A stretch of 62,155 bases of DNA, the filler included. It is 5 parts of 5 records of this genome, joined end to end, with 100 filler letters (N's around TTAATTAATTAA, not from the genome) between each part and the next. Parts side by side here need not be neighbours in the genome. Positions count along the whole stretch, not along the records: positions 1 to 17,557 come from SRR20825019_2914; positions 17,658 to 40,934 come from SRR20825019_2920; 3 more parts are not named here. One strand, given 5' to 3'. Below the pieces are notes generated by a model. It saw only the letters and a program-made list of their open reading frames with translations, was not told the origin of the DNA and searched no databases. Positions 8,988-20,142 of this stretch are shown one piece after another; position 1 is the stretch's first letter; every line of letters starts with the position of its first letter. The translations under genes were made by a program, and so were the position numbers.

Positions 8988-9590
8988 ATGCCCTTAGTCA
9001 ATCCCCTATCGCCCAATCACGATCCCCAGACGAAAGAACTGGCCGAGTTCTTTAATGAAACGCTTGGGTTTTGTCCAAATTCCGTGCTGACCATGCAGCA
9101 TAGACCGGCCATATCCAAGGCTTTCATTAACCTTAACAAGGCGGTAATGGCCAATGAGGGCCGAGTATCTTCTGCCTTAAAACGAATGATTGCGTGGGTA
9201 AGCAGCAATGCCACGGGCTGCCGGTATTGCCAGGCACATGCCATCCGGGCTGCGGAGCGTTACGGTGCCAAACAGGAACAATTGGACAACATTTGGGAAT
9301 ACCGGACACATAACGCTTTCTCAGAAGCAGAAAAGGCTGCTTTGGATTTTGCCTTGGCCGCTTCCCAAGTGCCAAATACAGTGAATGCCGACATTAAAAA
9401 GGAATTGCACAAACATTGGAACGATGGCGAAATTGTAGAAATGATGGGGGTCATTTCACTTTTTGGGTACCTCAACCGCTGGAACGATTCCATGGGCACG
9501 GATATCGAAGATGGAGCCGTGGAAAGTGCGGAAAAATATTTGGGGGAAGTGGGCTGGCAAAAAGGGAAGCATGATGGGTCCAAATATTAA
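8988..9590 (+). CDS. carboxymuconolactone decarboxylase / AhpD-like peroxidase family protein
   Basis: GCRYCQAH CxxC motif; EKAALDFA helix. Confidence 0.85.
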   Translation: MPLVNPLSPNHDPQTKELAEFFNETLGFCPNSVLTMQHRPAISKAFINLNKAVMANEGRVSSALKRMIAWVSSNATGCRYCQAHAIRAAERYGAKQEQLDNIWEYRTHNAFSEAEKAALDFALAASQVPNTVNADIKKELHKHWNDGEIVEMMGVISLFGYLNRWNDSMGTDIEDGAVESAEKYLGEVGWQKGKHDGSKY

Positions 9591-9596
9591 ATAGAT

Positions 9597-10172
9597 TCAA
9601 TAATCCAGCCTGCCGGAAACCTTTTCTCGCAAATCTGATAAAACTTCTTCCTCAAACCAAGGATTTTTGCTCAACCAAAACCGATTTCTTGGCGATGGAT
9701 GCGGCAACACAAAATAATCGGGCAAATATTCTTGGTAGTGTTTCACTGTTTCCGTCAAATTTCGCTTCATCGTATTGCCCAAATAGTAGTTTTGCGCATA
9801 TTGACCTATCAAGACAGTCAGTGTCAAGTTTGGCATTTGATTTATCAGCGACTCATGCCATAAGGGGGCACACTCGGGACGTGGTGGTAAATCCCCGGAT
9901 TTTCCTTTGCCCGGATAACAGAATCCCATTGGGAGAAGGGCCAAAAGTTGTTCATTATAAAATTGTTCATCCGTTACGCCCAGCCATTTTCTTAGCTGCC
10001 TTCCGCTAGGGTCATCCCAAGGAACCTCTGTTTGATGGACTTTGGTACCGGGCGCCTGCCCAATAATCGCAATTCTTGATTCTGGATGGGCAGCAACAAT
10101 GGGTCTGGGCCCTAAGGGCAAATGCTCCTCGCAATGTATGCAGTTCCGTATTTGGGATAGTAGTTCGTCCAT
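9597..10172 (-). CDS. uracil-DNA glycosylase family protein
   Basis: IIGQAPG, FCYPG and LPHPSPRN motifs. Confidence 0.88.
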   Translation of the reverse strand: MDELLSQIRNCIHCEEHLPLGPRPIVAAHPESRIAIIGQAPGTKVHQTEVPWDDPSGRQLRKWLGVTDEQFYNEQLLALLPMGFCYPGKGKSGDLPPRPECAPLWHESLINQMPNLTLTVLIGQYAQNYYLGNTMKRNLTETVKHYQEYLPDYFVLPHPSPRNRFWLSKNPWFEEEVLSDLREKVSGRLDY

Positions 10173-10211
10173 CTAATGTACTGGGTCGTAAAGTTGTGTT
10201 GAAGTTAACAA

Positions 10212-10883
10212 CTATTTCTTCCCGCCGACCACAATCACAAATTCTCCTTTGGGTGCTTTATTGTTGAAGTGTTCCAGTACTTCAGCAACGGTTCCGCGAA
10301 CGGTCTCTTCGTATAATTTGGTCAATTCCCTGGAAACGGAAATAGGCCGGTCTTCTCCAAAATACTCGGCGAAATGCGCCAAAGTTTTGAGTACCTTATG
10401 GGGCGATTCGTAAAAAACCATGGTTCTGGTTTCTTCGGCAAGTTCCAAAAGTCGGGTCTGGCGGCCTTTTTTCACAGGTAAAAATCCTTCAAAAATAAAT
10501 CGGTCGTTGGGCAATCCACTGTTCACTATAGCTGGAACAAAGGCCGTTGCTCCCGGCAAACACTCTACTTCAATGTCGTTTTCAATGCAAGCACGGGTCA
10601 GTAAAAATCCAGGGTCGGAAATTGCCGGTGTACCTGCGTCCGAAATGAGGGCGTAATTAGTTCCTTCTTTCATTTTTTGCACTAAACCATCAACCTGTTT
10701 GTGCTCGTTGTGCATGTGATGGCTCTGTAGATGCGTGTTGATCTCAAAATGCTTCAGCAATTTACCGCTGGTTCGGGTATCTTCCGCCAAAACCACATCC
10801 ACCTCTTTGAGCACTTTAATGGCTCGGAGAGTAATGTCCTCAAGATTTCCTATTGGCGTCGGAACCAGATATAGCTTTCCCAT
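10212..10883 (-). CDS. rsmI: 16S rRNA C1402 2'-O-methyltransferase
   Basis: LYLVPTPIGNLEDIT, AEDTR, SDAGTPAISDPG and RELTK motifs. Confidence 0.95.
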   Translation of the reverse strand: MGKLYLVPTPIGNLEDITLRAIKVLKEVDVVLAEDTRTSGKLLKHFEINTHLQSHHMHNEHKQVDGLVQKMKEGTNYALISDAGTPAISDPGFLLTRACIENDIEVECLPGATAFVPAIVNSGLPNDRFIFEGFLPVKKGRQTRLLELAEETRTMVFYESPHKVLKTLAHFAEYFGEDRPISVSRELTKLYEETVRGTVAEVLEHFNNKAPKGEFVIVVGGKK

Positions 10884-10931
10884 GGACCAAAGTTACGGTC
10901 TTACAATCAAAATAAAATTGAAAAAATGGAT

Positions 10932-11624
10932 TTATGCGAACCTACGTTCAATTAGGGCAATAAAGCGAGCCTCATACTCCTCTTTACCTTCCCAATTATT
11001 GTACTCGGGTTTCACCATATTGTTTATAAAAGCAACAGAGCGTTCTTCAGAGTCAATTGTTGTAAGCTGGGAAAGCACACGGGTATAATCCTCCATGTCA
11101 TTATTGAACAAGTGCTTCACAAAGGCCAGTTTATCGTTAAGGCCAATCTGGAAGTCTTTGGCCAAACGGTCGTTTAACGATTTTGGCTTTATCGATTTTG
11201 AAGCTGCGCTGAAATTCTCATCGGGCGTTACCTCATCTTTGTCGTTCTTCATCAAATTGGGCTTTGCCACGAACTCGGCAAACACCTTTTCCAAATCCAT
11301 ATTGGAAGGCATTTCGGAAACAATATCCTTGATCGTATCCATAGAAGGTGTCGTAATGATATCTTCCTGGTGCGGATTGCTCTCCGGAACTGATGTGTTT
11401 CCGCTTAAAACGGCATTGGCCATTTTCTCGAACCTTGAGGCTATGACGTTTTGGGACACATCTACCTCAACATCGTTCAATTTTTCATCTATGAATTTCA
11501 ATACGGCCAACTTTTCATAAATCTTTCTTGATTTTTCGTACAATGCCGCAAGATCGGTGTCCTCCCGTGCAGTTATTATCTCTGTGGACAACTTGATCAA
11601 CTCTTCCCTCAATTTCCGTATCAT
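10932..11624 (-). CDS. hypothetical protein (Bacteroidetes-type)
   Basis: 230-aa ORF with a helical N-terminus and C-terminal SLNDRL...IGLNDKLAFVKHLF block; function not recognised. Confidence 0.75.
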   Translation of the reverse strand: MIRKLREELIKLSTEIITAREDTDLAALYEKSRKIYEKLAVLKFIDEKLNDVEVDVSQNVIASRFEKMANAVLSGNTSVPESNPHQEDIITTPSMDTIKDIVSEMPSNMDLEKVFAEFVAKPNLMKNDKDEVTPDENFSAASKSIKPKSLNDRLAKDFQIGLNDKLAFVKHLFNNDMEDYTRVLSQLTTIDSEERSVAFINNMVKPEYNNWEGKEEYEARFIALIERRFA

Positions 11625-11779
11625 AGCTTTTCTTCTTTACTATAAAAATATAACGATTTTGCAAATACCCTATCAACAAAAGGTTAAAATCTTATTGAAA
11701 ACAGGGGTGCATTTTTTTAGTAGCTTTGTGGTCGTCCCAAAATAACGGGAAAACAAACAATTTCTTTCAAAAATACGGT

Positions 11780-12424
11780 ATGTTTCTCGAAAACACAGTC
11801 AACCCTAAGGAACAGTTTGGATGGATCGAGGTGATTTGCGGTTCCATGTTTTCCGGAAAGACCGAAGAACTGATCCGAAGACTGAAGCGCGCCCAGTTTG
11901 CCAAGCAAAAAGTGGAAATATTCAAGCCCATTGTGGATACGCGTTATCATGAAGAAATGGTGGTATCCCACGATTCCAACGAAATTCGTTCAACACCTGT
12001 TCCGGCCGCGGCCAATATTCGACTTTTAGCGGACGACTGTGATGTGATCGGTATTGACGAAGCTCAATTTTTTGATGATGAAATCGTAACCGTTTGCAAT
12101 GATTTGGCCAATAGGGGCATACGTGTGGTAGTTGCAGGACTTGACATGGATTTTAAGGGCAATCCTTTTGGTCCCATGCCAGCCTTGATGGCCACAGCGG
12201 AATATGTGACCAAAGTACACGCCGTGTGCACGCGCACCGGAAACTTGGCCAACTATAGCTTTAGGAAATCCCTCAACGATAATTTGGTGCTCCTTGGTGA
12301 AACCGAGGAGTATGAGCCCTTGAGCCGTGCCGCATTTTATAAAGCCATGCTTCGCGAAAAAATTAAGGAAATGGACGTAAGTTCGGAAGAGGTCACCTCC
12401 AAAAAAGACAAATCCAATGCGTAA
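11780..12424 (+). CDS. tdk: thymidine kinase
   Basis: [17 protein letters not shown] and GLDMDF motifs; TAGCTTTG -7 element at 11721-11728. Confidence 0.95.
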   Translation: MFLENTVNPKEQFGWIEVICGSMFSGKTEELIRRLKRAQFAKQKVEIFKPIVDTRYHEEMVVSHDSNEIRSTPVPAAANIRLLADDCDVIGIDEAQFFDDEIVTVCNDLANRGIRVVVAGLDMDFKGNPFGPMPALMATAEYVTKVHAVCTRTGNLANYSFRKSLNDNLVLLGETEEYEPLSRAAFYKAMLREKIKEMDVSSEEVTSKKDKSNA

Positions 12425-13526
12425 GGTAGGGGAAACTACGTTAATCTTGGATCTTGCATCCTTGGAACACAATTACAACTACTTGCGCTCCAAAATAGAC
12501 TTTGAAACCAAATTTTTAGGGGTAGTAAAGGCCTTTGCCTACGGTAGCGATATGGTCACTATTGCCCATAAACTGGAACAATTGGGTGCCAATTATTTGG
12601 CTGTTGCCTATGTGAGCGAAGGAATCCTGTTACGGGAAGCCGGAATTCAACTTCCTATTTTGGTATTGCACCCTTTGGCTTCCAATTTTGAGGATTTGAT
12701 CGAGCATCATTTGGAGCCGAGCCTTTATTCGAGAAACATCCTGAACCAGTTCCTTGAAGCTGCGAACACCAAGAACCAAAAGGATTATCCGGTCCACATT
12801 AAATTCAATACCGGATTGAACCGTTTGGGTTTCTCAGAGGCCGATGTAAATTTTATCGCGGAAGAAACCAAGCGTAACGAATGCATCAAAATAGTTTCTT
12901 GCTTTTCGCACTTGGCGGCGTCGGAAGATAAAAACGAGCGTGATTTTAGTATTGATCAAATCAATTCATTCAAAAATTTGAGCAGCAATCTCATGGATAA
13001 GTTGGGATATGCGCCCATGCGACACATGCTGAACACTTCGGGTATCATCAACTATCCAGAGGCACAGTTTGAAATGGTTCGTAGTGGAATAGGACTTTAT
13101 GGCTACGGCAACCAAGCTGAAATTGATGCAGAATTAAAGGCCGTGGCTACCCTAAAAACCATTATTTCTCAGATACATGAGATCGGGGCCAATCAATCCG
13201 TAGGGTACAACCGAGCATTCAGATCGAGCCACAATATAAAAAGTGCCACGTTGCCCATTGGACATGCCGATGGTATTGGCCGACAGTACGGAAAGGGCAA
13301 AGGCGTTGTGACCATCAATAATAAAAAAGCACCTATTTTGGGCAATGTTTGTATGGATATGATCATGGTGGATGTGACTGAAATCGACTGTAAAGAAGGT
13401 GATGAGGCCATTGTGTTCGGCACGGAAAAATCTGCGGAAAAATTTGCCTCCAACGCGGGCACCATTTCCTACGAAATTCTCACGGCCATATCGCAACGGG
13501 TAAAAAGAGTGGTTACGGGAGCTTGA
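12417..13526 (+). CDS. alr: alanine racemase
   Basis: [11 protein letters not shown]-lysine motif, NTGLNRLG and GNVCMD. Confidence 0.93.
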   Translation: MRKVGETTLILDLASLEHNYNYLRSKIDFETKFLGVVKAFAYGSDMVTIAHKLEQLGANYLAVAYVSEGILLREAGIQLPILVLHPLASNFEDLIEHHLEPSLYSRNILNQFLEAANTKNQKDYPVHIKFNTGLNRLGFSEADVNFIAEETKRNECIKIVSCFSHLAASEDKNERDFSIDQINSFKNLSSNLMDKLGYAPMRHMLNTSGIINYPEAQFEMVRSGIGLYGYGNQAEIDAELKAVATLKTIISQIHEIGANQSVGYNRAFRSSHNIKSATLPIGHADGIGRQYGKGKGVVTINNKKAPILGNVCMDMIMVDVTEIDCKEGDEAIVFGTEKSAEKFASNAGTISYEILTAISQRVKRVVTGA

Positions 13527-13580
13527 CTATTACCTTTGATTTACTTAATTTGTATTGGATTAACCAATACTCAACTATAA

Positions 13581-13991
13581 ATGGGATTTTTAAAAGAATT
13601 TAAGGACTTTGCCATGAAAGGAAACCTGGTGGATATCGCCGTAGGTTTCGTTATGGGTGCCGCATTCAACAAAGTGGTGTCTTCGTTCACGGGAGGAATA
13701 GTTTCCCCCTTGATCGGTTTGTTGTTCAAAGCAGATTTCAACGATTTGAAATATGTCATTACCGAAGGAACGGTGAACGATGCCGGGGAAACGGTCGGGG
13801 AAATCGCTGTGCTGTACGGTGCCTTCCTTACCAATGTAATCGACTTCCTGATAGTGGCCTTTGTGATGTTTGCCATCGTAAAAAGTGTGAACAAAATGAA
13901 GAAAAAGGAAGAACCAGCTCCTGCAGCTCCAAAAGGTCCGACCCAAGAGGAACTGTTGGCAGAAATACGCGATTTATTGAAAAAACAATAA
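13581..13991 (+). CDS. mscL: large-conductance mechanosensitive channel
   Basis: EFKDFAMKGNLVDIAVG and LLAEIRDLLK. Confidence 0.95.
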   Translation: MGFLKEFKDFAMKGNLVDIAVGFVMGAAFNKVVSSFTGGIVSPLIGLLFKADFNDLKYVITEGTVNDAGETVGEIAVLYGAFLTNVIDFLIVAFVMFAIVKSVNKMKKKEEPAPAAPKGPTQEELLAEIRDLLKKQ

Positions 13992-14035
13992 GTACTGAAG
14001 TTTTTCGGTACGACCGCTACATCACAATAACCTTT

Positions 14036-14080
14036 AAAAACCGTCAATCTGTTTTCGCTAACATGTTGACGGTTGTTTTA
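14036..14080 (+). terminator. intrinsic terminator after mscL
   Basis: AACCGTCAA...TTGACGGTT stem followed by GTTTT. Confidence 0.6.
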
Positions 14081-14124
14081 TTCATAACATTTTGTTATTT
14101 TTTATTGATTGGAGATAAAAAAAG

Positions 14125-14155
14125 CTTGTTTAACTCGCTGACTAAAGTACCTTTG
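14125..14155 (+). promoter_or_regulatory. Bacteroidetes housekeeping promoter for asd
   Basis: CTTG (-33, 14125-14128), 19-nt spacer, TACCTTTG (-7, 14148-14155). Confidence 0.55.
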
Positions 14156-14277
14156 CGGCAAGAAATATTTTTATAATGAAACCGACATGGTTAAAATAAT
14201 CATTACATATTGCTGGAATGACTATTTTAATTATCAAAGGTTACATCTGACCAATAAAAAAGAATAAAGATATACAG

Positions 14278-15291
14278 ATGAAAGTAGCAGTTGTTGGTGC
14301 CACCGGAATGGTAGGCGAGGTAATGTTGAAAGTATTGGAAGAACGTAACTTCCCTATTTCAGAATTGTTGTTGGTAGCCTCGGAGCGCTCCGTGGGCAAA
14401 AAACTCACCTATAAAAATGAGGAATATACCGTAATCGGTCTGGCGGACGCTGTAGCCGCTCAACCAGACATTGCCATTTTCTCCGCAGGAGGGGAAACCT
14501 CTTTGGAGTGGGCCCCAAAATTTGCCGAGGTGGGTACCACTGTAATCGATAATTCATCGGCTTGGCGTATGGACCCGACCAAAAAATTAGTGGTTCCCGA
14601 AATCAATGCGAGTGCATTGACCGTTGAAGATAAAATCATTGCGAATCCCAACTGCTCCACCATACAAATGGTTTTGGCCTTGGACCCGCTGCATAAAAAA
14701 TATCAGATGAAACGAGTGGTGGTTTCCACCTACCAGTCCGTTTCGGGTACTGGCGTAAAAGCTGTGCAACAAATGGAGAACGAAGCGGCTGGAATCGAAG
14801 GCGAAATGGCCTATCCTTACCCCATCAACCGAAACGCATTGCCACATTGCGATGTATTCTTGGAAAACGGATATACCAAAGAAGAGATGAAATTGGCCCG
14901 TGAGCCTCAAAAAATATTGGACGACCGTTCATTTTCGGTTACCGCAACCGCTGTGCGTATTCCTACCGCAGGTGGTCACTCGGAATCCGTAAACGTGGAG
15001 TTCCACAACGATTTTGATTTGGCGGAAGTGCGACAATTGCTCAGCGAAACCCCAGGAATCGTGGTGCAGGACAATCCTGAAACCAACACCTACCCCATGC
15101 CCGTTTTTGCCAATGGCAAGGACGATGTTTTTGTGGGCAGGCTCCGTAGGGACGAAACCCAGCCCAACACCTTGAACATGTGGATTGTTGCGGACAACCT
15201 AAGAAAAGGAGCTGCTACCAATGCTGTACAGATTGCAGAGTATTTGGTGGAGAACAGTTTAGTTTCAAATACTTCTGAAGCTATTTCATAA
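14278..15291 (+). CDS. asd: aspartate-semialdehyde dehydrogenase
   Basis: VVGATGMVG, IANPNCST, STYQSVSG and DNLRKGAA motifs. Confidence 0.95.
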   Translation: MKVAVVGATGMVGEVMLKVLEERNFPISELLLVASERSVGKKLTYKNEEYTVIGLADAVAAQPDIAIFSAGGETSLEWAPKFAEVGTTVIDNSSAWRMDPTKKLVVPEINASALTVEDKIIANPNCSTIQMVLALDPLHKKYQMKRVVVSTYQSVSGTGVKAVQQMENEAAGIEGEMAYPYPINRNALPHCDVFLENGYTKEEMKLAREPQKILDDRSFSVTATAVRIPTAGGHSESVNVEFHNDFDLAEVRQLLSETPGIVVQDNPETNTYPMPVFANGKDDVFVGRLRRDETQPNTLNMWIVADNLRKGAATNAVQIAEYLVENSLVSNTSEAIS

Positions 15292-15367
15292 AATTCGTTA
15301 AAGCATTAACCGTGGCCAATAGGTTTGTGTGTTTTATGTACTTTTATCGGAATCAATCCGAGAAAAC

Positions 15368-17524
15368 ATGAAAAACATAAGTCTGTTGGCTGCTTTGGTT
15401 TTATTTGCGGCCTGCAAAGAAGAATCTAAAACCAGAGAACCTATTACTGTGAACTATCCCACTACCAAAAAAGTTGATACTGTAGATAATTATTTTGGAA
15501 CAGAGGTCCCAGATCCATACCGCTGGCTGGAGGACGACCGCAGCGAGGAGACCGAAGCCTGGGTAAAAAAGCAGAATGCGGCCACCTTCGGATATTTGGA
15601 AAAAATCCCTTTTCGCGAAGACCTAAAAAACCGATTGGAAAAACTCTGGAACTACGAAAAAGTCGGTTCCCCTTTTAAAGAAGGTGATTACACCTATTAC
15701 TACAAAAACAACGGGCTACAGAACCAATATGTGGTCTACCGCAAAAAGGATAATGGCGAAGAAGAGGTGTTTTTGGATCCCAATACGTTTTCCGAGGATG
15801 GCACCACCTCTTTGATGGGACTTAGCTTCACCAAAGACGGTTCCAAAGCTGCATACCTTATTTCCGAGGGCGGAAGCGATTGGCGCAAGGGCATTGTTAT
15901 CGATGCGGAATCCAAAGAAATTGTAGAGGACACCCTGGTGGATATCAAGTTCAGTGGTATCTCTTGGAAAGGCAACGAAGGTTTCTACTACTCCAGCTAT
16001 GATAAGCCCGAGGGCAGCGAGTTGTCGGCAAAAACGGACCAGCATAAATTATACTATCACAAATTGGGCACTCCACAGTCCGAAGATAAGATCATCTTTG
16101 GAGGCACACCCGAAGAAAAACACCGCTACGTAGGCGGTTCCGTTTCCGAAGACCAAAAATATCTTTTTATAACAGCTTCTATATCCACTTCCGGCAACAA
16201 GCTGTTTATGATGGATCTTTCCAAAGAAAACCCTGAACTGGTTACCATTTTGGATGATACCGATTCTGACACCTACCCCATAGAAAATGAAGGCTCCAAG
16301 CTTTATTTGGTAACCGACAGGGATGCGCCGAATAAAAAGGTAGTGACCGTGGACGCTTCCAACCCAACCCCGGACAATTGGAAAGATCTGATTCCTGAAA
16401 CGGAAAATGTATTGACTGCCGCAACCGGAGGAGGTTATTTCTTCGCGGAATACATGGTGGATGCCATTTCCAAAGTACTTCAATATGATTATGATGGTAA
16501 CTTGGTCCGAGAAGTGAAACTGCCCGGAGTGGGAAGCGCAGGAGGTTTTGGCGGCAAAAAAGAGGACAAAGAATTCTATTTCTCATTTACCAATTACAAT
16601 ACCCCGGGCTCCTTGTACAAATACAATGTGGACACTGGCGAGTACGAACAATATTGGAAACCTCAAATCGATTTTAACCCAGGTGACTACGAGTCCAAAC
16701 AGGTGTTCTACAACTCTAAGGATGGCACAAAAGTGCCGATGATCATCACCTATAAAAAAGGAACGGAGCTTAACGGAAAAAACCCGACCATTCTTTATGG
16801 TTATGGAGGCTTTAATGTAAGTTTAACGCCTTCTTTCAGTATTGTGAATGCCGTTTGGATGGAACAAGGCGGTGTATATGCCGTTCCCAACCTTCGCGGT
16901 GGTGGCGAATACGGTAAAAAATGGCACATTGCCGGAACAAAGCTCAATAAACAGAATGTATTTGATGACTTTATCGCGGCTGCCGAATACCTCATCGAAA
17001 ACAAATACACCTCAAAAGAGTATCTCGCCATTCGTGGGGGTTCCAACGGAGGCTTGCTGGTTGGCGCCACTATGACCCAACGTCCGGACCTAATGCAAGT
17101 GGCATTACCGGCCGTAGGTGTAATGGACATGCTCCGTTACCACACCTTTACCGCCGGAGCCGGATGGGCCTATGATTATGGAACTTCCGAGGACAGCGAG
17201 GAAATGTTCAACTACATTAAGGGCTATTCCCCTGTACACAACGTAAAAGAAGGTACGGAATATCCGGCCACCTTGGTGACCACAGGAGATCATGATGATC
17301 GTGTGGTCCCAGCGCACAGCTTTAAGTTTGCTGCGGAACTACAGGAAAAACAAGCTGGGGAACAGCCAACCCTTATCCGAATCGAGACCAATGCAGGTCA
17401 CGGAGCGGGCACACCGGTGAGTAAAACCATAGAGCAATATGCCGACATTTTCGGGTTCACTTTTTATAATATGGGATACGAGGAACTTCCCAACCAAGCC
17501 GTGCTCAAGGAGTTTAAAGATTAA
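15368..17524 (+). CDS. prolyl oligopeptidase (S9A), probable lipoprotein
   Basis: Lipobox-like [24 protein letters not shown]; triad motifs [14 protein letters not shown] and AGHG. Confidence 0.93.
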   Translation: MKNISLLAALVLFAACKEESKTREPITVNYPTTKKVDTVDNYFGTEVPDPYRWLEDDRSEETEAWVKKQNAATFGYLEKIPFREDLKNRLEKLWNYEKVGSPFKEGDYTYYYKNNGLQNQYVVYRKKDNGEEEVFLDPNTFSEDGTTSLMGLSFTKDGSKAAYLISEGGSDWRKGIVIDAESKEIVEDTLVDIKFSGISWKGNEGFYYSSYDKPEGSELSAKTDQHKLYYHKLGTPQSEDKIIFGGTPEEKHRYVGGSVSEDQKYLFITASISTSGNKLFMMDLSKENPELVTILDDTDSDTYPIENEGSKLYLVTDRDAPNKKVVTVDASNPTPDNWKDLIPETENVLTAATGGGYFFAEYMVDAISKVLQYDYDGNLVREVKLPGVGSAGGFGGKKEDKEFYFSFTNYNTPGSLYKYNVDTGEYEQYWKPQIDFNPGDYESKQVFYNSKDGTKVPMIITYKKGTELNGKNPTILYGYGGFNVSLTPSFSIVNAVWMEQGGVYAVPNLRGGGEYGKKWHIAGTKLNKQNVFDDFIAAAEYLIENKYTSKEYLAIRGGSNGGLLVGATMTQRPDLMQVALPAVGVMDMLRYHTFTAGAGWAYDYGTSEDSEEMFNYIKGYSPVHNVKEGTEYPATLVTTGDHDDRVVPAHSFKFAAELQEKQAGEQPTLIRIETNAGHGAGTPVSKTIEQYADIFGFTFYNMGYEELPNQAVLKEFKD

Positions 17525-17557
17525 TCGAATCCGTCGAAAACCATTTATGTCAGTTCG

Positions 17558-17657
17558 NNNNNNNNNNNNNNNNNNNNNNNNNNNNNNNNNNNNNNNNNNN
17601 NTTAATTAATTAANNNNNNNNNNNNNNNNNNNNNNNNNNNNNNNNNNNNNNNNNNNN
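17558..17657. other. artificial contig spacer
   Basis: N44-TTAATTAATTAA-N44, which places stops in all six frames. Confidence 0.98.
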
Positions 17658-19801
17658 ACATACATTCCGGCCATCAAAGGGCCTTCGATGACATGTAGCG
17701 GCCTTTCAGCAGCCTGCCGCGCCTCTTCCACGTCGGCTTCGATATATTCGGTAATGCCGTTAACAAGCGCGTGCTCCAGTCGCTTTTCCACCGGCCATTC
17801 GCGCCATTCGAGATTCTGCTTGCGTTCCTCGGTCTTGCCCGTTCCGCGATAACGCTCGGCAATATCCAGAAGGCGCTCGGTCCCGTCCTTACGACGGTTC
17901 AAAACAACGTCTTCGCAGGCTTGTTTCAACTCCGAATCAATGGTTTCGTAAACGATCAGCTGACCGGCATTGACGATACCCATATCCATGCCTGCCTGAA
18001 TGGCATGATAAAGGAAGACAGCGTGCATCGCCTGACGTACCGGCTCATTTCCCCTAAACGAGAAGGACATGTTGGAAACGCCACCCGAAACATGAGCATG
18101 AGGCAGCGTCTCACGGATCGTCCGGGTCGCTTCAATAAAGTCGACGCCGTAATTGTCGTGCTCCTCAATACCTGTCGCGATAGCAAAGATATTTGGATCA
18201 AAAACAATATCTTCCGGCGGAAAGCCAATCTTCTCTGTGAGGATCTTGTAGGCACGCGTGCAAATCTCGATCTTGCGCTCATAGGTATCGGCCTGCCCGT
18301 CTTCATCAAACGCCATCACAACCGTTGCCGCACCGTAATTGCGGATCAACTTTGCCTTGGCGATGAAGTCTTCCTCACCTTCTTTCAGTGAAATCGAATT
18401 CACCAGCGCCTTGCCCTGGGTGCATTTGAGACCGGCTTCGATAATCTCGAATTTCGAGGAGTCGATCATCAACGGTACGCGCGCGATATCGGGTTCGGCA
18501 GCCAGAAGATTAAGGTACTCGACCATCGCTTTTTCCGAATCGATCAGGCCTTCATCCATGTTGATATCGATGATCTGCGCACCAGCTTCAACCTGATCAC
18601 GTGCGACTTCCAGCGCGGTTGCGTAGTCGGCATTGGTAATCAGCTTGCGGAAGCGGGCTGAGCCGGTAACGTTGGTTCGTTCCCCCACATTCACGAACGG
18701 AATGTCTTTGGTCAGAACGAAAGGCTCCAGCCCGGAAAGCGCCAGAAGCGGTTTGGGCTCAGGAATTTGACGGGGTGCAAAGCTCGAAACCGTCTCACGC
18801 AACGCGGCAATATGTTCCGGCGTCGAGCCGCAGCAACCACCGATCACATTGACAAGCCCCTGCTCTGCAAACGGCCGGATCAAATCCGCCATCTGGTCCG
18901 GATCCTGATCATACTGACCGAATTCGTTTGGAAGCCCGGCATTCGGATAGGCGCAGACAAATGTATCGGCGACGCCTGAAAGCTCCTGAATATGAGGCAG
19001 CATGGCATCGGCGCCAAGCGCACAGTTAAGCCCGATCGTAAACGGGCTGGCATGGCGCAGAGAGTACCAGAATGCAGATGGTGTCTGGCCGGAAAGTGTG
19101 CGCCCCGACAGGTCGGTGATGGTGCCGGAGATCATCAGCGGCAGCTCAATGCCTTTTTCTTCAAAGGATTCACGGGCGGCAAAAACAGCGGCCTTGGCAT
19201 TCAGCGTATCAAAGATCGTCTCGATCAGAATGAGGTCCGAGCCGCCATCAATCAGTCCGTTGATCTGCTCACGGTAAGCGACCCGCAAATCATCAAATGA
19301 AACAGCGCGATAACCTGGATTATTAACGTCCGGTGAGATCGAAGCCGTTCGGTTCGTCGGGCCAACTGCCCCGGCAACGAAACGGCGGCGTCCATCTTCT
19401 TTTTCGGCGCGAAGGGCAGCACGGCGAGCAACACGCGCACCATCACGGTTCAGGTCATAGACCACGTTTTCCATCTGATAGTCGGCCTGGGCAATCCGCG
19501 TGGCCGAAAACGTGTTTGTTTCCAGAATATCCGCACCGGCAATAGCGTAATCAAAGTGGATATCCTCCACGGCCTTTGGCTGCGACAGAATAAGAAGGTC
19601 ATTATTGCCTTGCTGATGACAGGCACAACCGACAAAACGATCACCACGGAAGTGCTCTTCGTCGAAGCCCAGCCCCTGAATCTGGGTGCCCATGGCGCCG
19701 TCCATTACCAGGATGCGTTCGCGCGCTGCCTTTTCCAGTGCGGCACGAATTTCTGCGCCGCTACGCTTCGGTAACTCTTCCCCGAAAAGGTCTTCAAACA
19801 T
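17658..19801 (-). CDS. metH: cobalamin-dependent methionine synthase, 3'-truncated
   Basis: [21 protein letters not shown] and HVIEGPLM motifs; GGAG RBS; runs into the spacer. Confidence 0.95.
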
Positions 19802-19833
19802 GAGCAAACTCCAAATGCGAAAGGTCGCAAATC

Positions 19834-19853
19834 ACATAAAGATATCTTTATGT
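19834..19853. promoter_or_regulatory. perfect 20-bp palindrome upstream of metH, probable SahR-type operator
   Basis: ACATAAAGATATCTTTATGT, about 30 nt upstream of the metH start. Confidence 0.7.
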
Positions 19854-20142
19854 CAACATACGGAAGTGACTTTGACGTCAACCGGCATGACGAAATCGCT
19901 TTCACGTTACGTGCAATGCGCTGTCAAAGTTGCATAATTTGACCTCAATATGATTGATATCAATACAAAACCGCGTTGAACCCTTACAACGAATAGGTAT
20001 AGCGTTATAGCCGATATTGTGGTCAGGATTTGCGCGAAGCGAGACTGTTGCACAAAGCTGGGTGCACGAGAGGAAGAAACTTCGGGTTGCAGGCTGGACG
20101 CCGATACTAAACCCGGATCATAAAAGAGCGGAGGATGATCCC

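Noticed and set aside
17548..17557. Start of a flavobacterial REP-like repeat (TGTCAGTTCG)
   Set aside because: Only about 10 nt remain before the gap, too little to support a call.
17602..17613. TTAATTAATTAA motif recurring four times
   Set aside because: It is an artificial six-frame-stop linker inside N runs, not a biological repeat.
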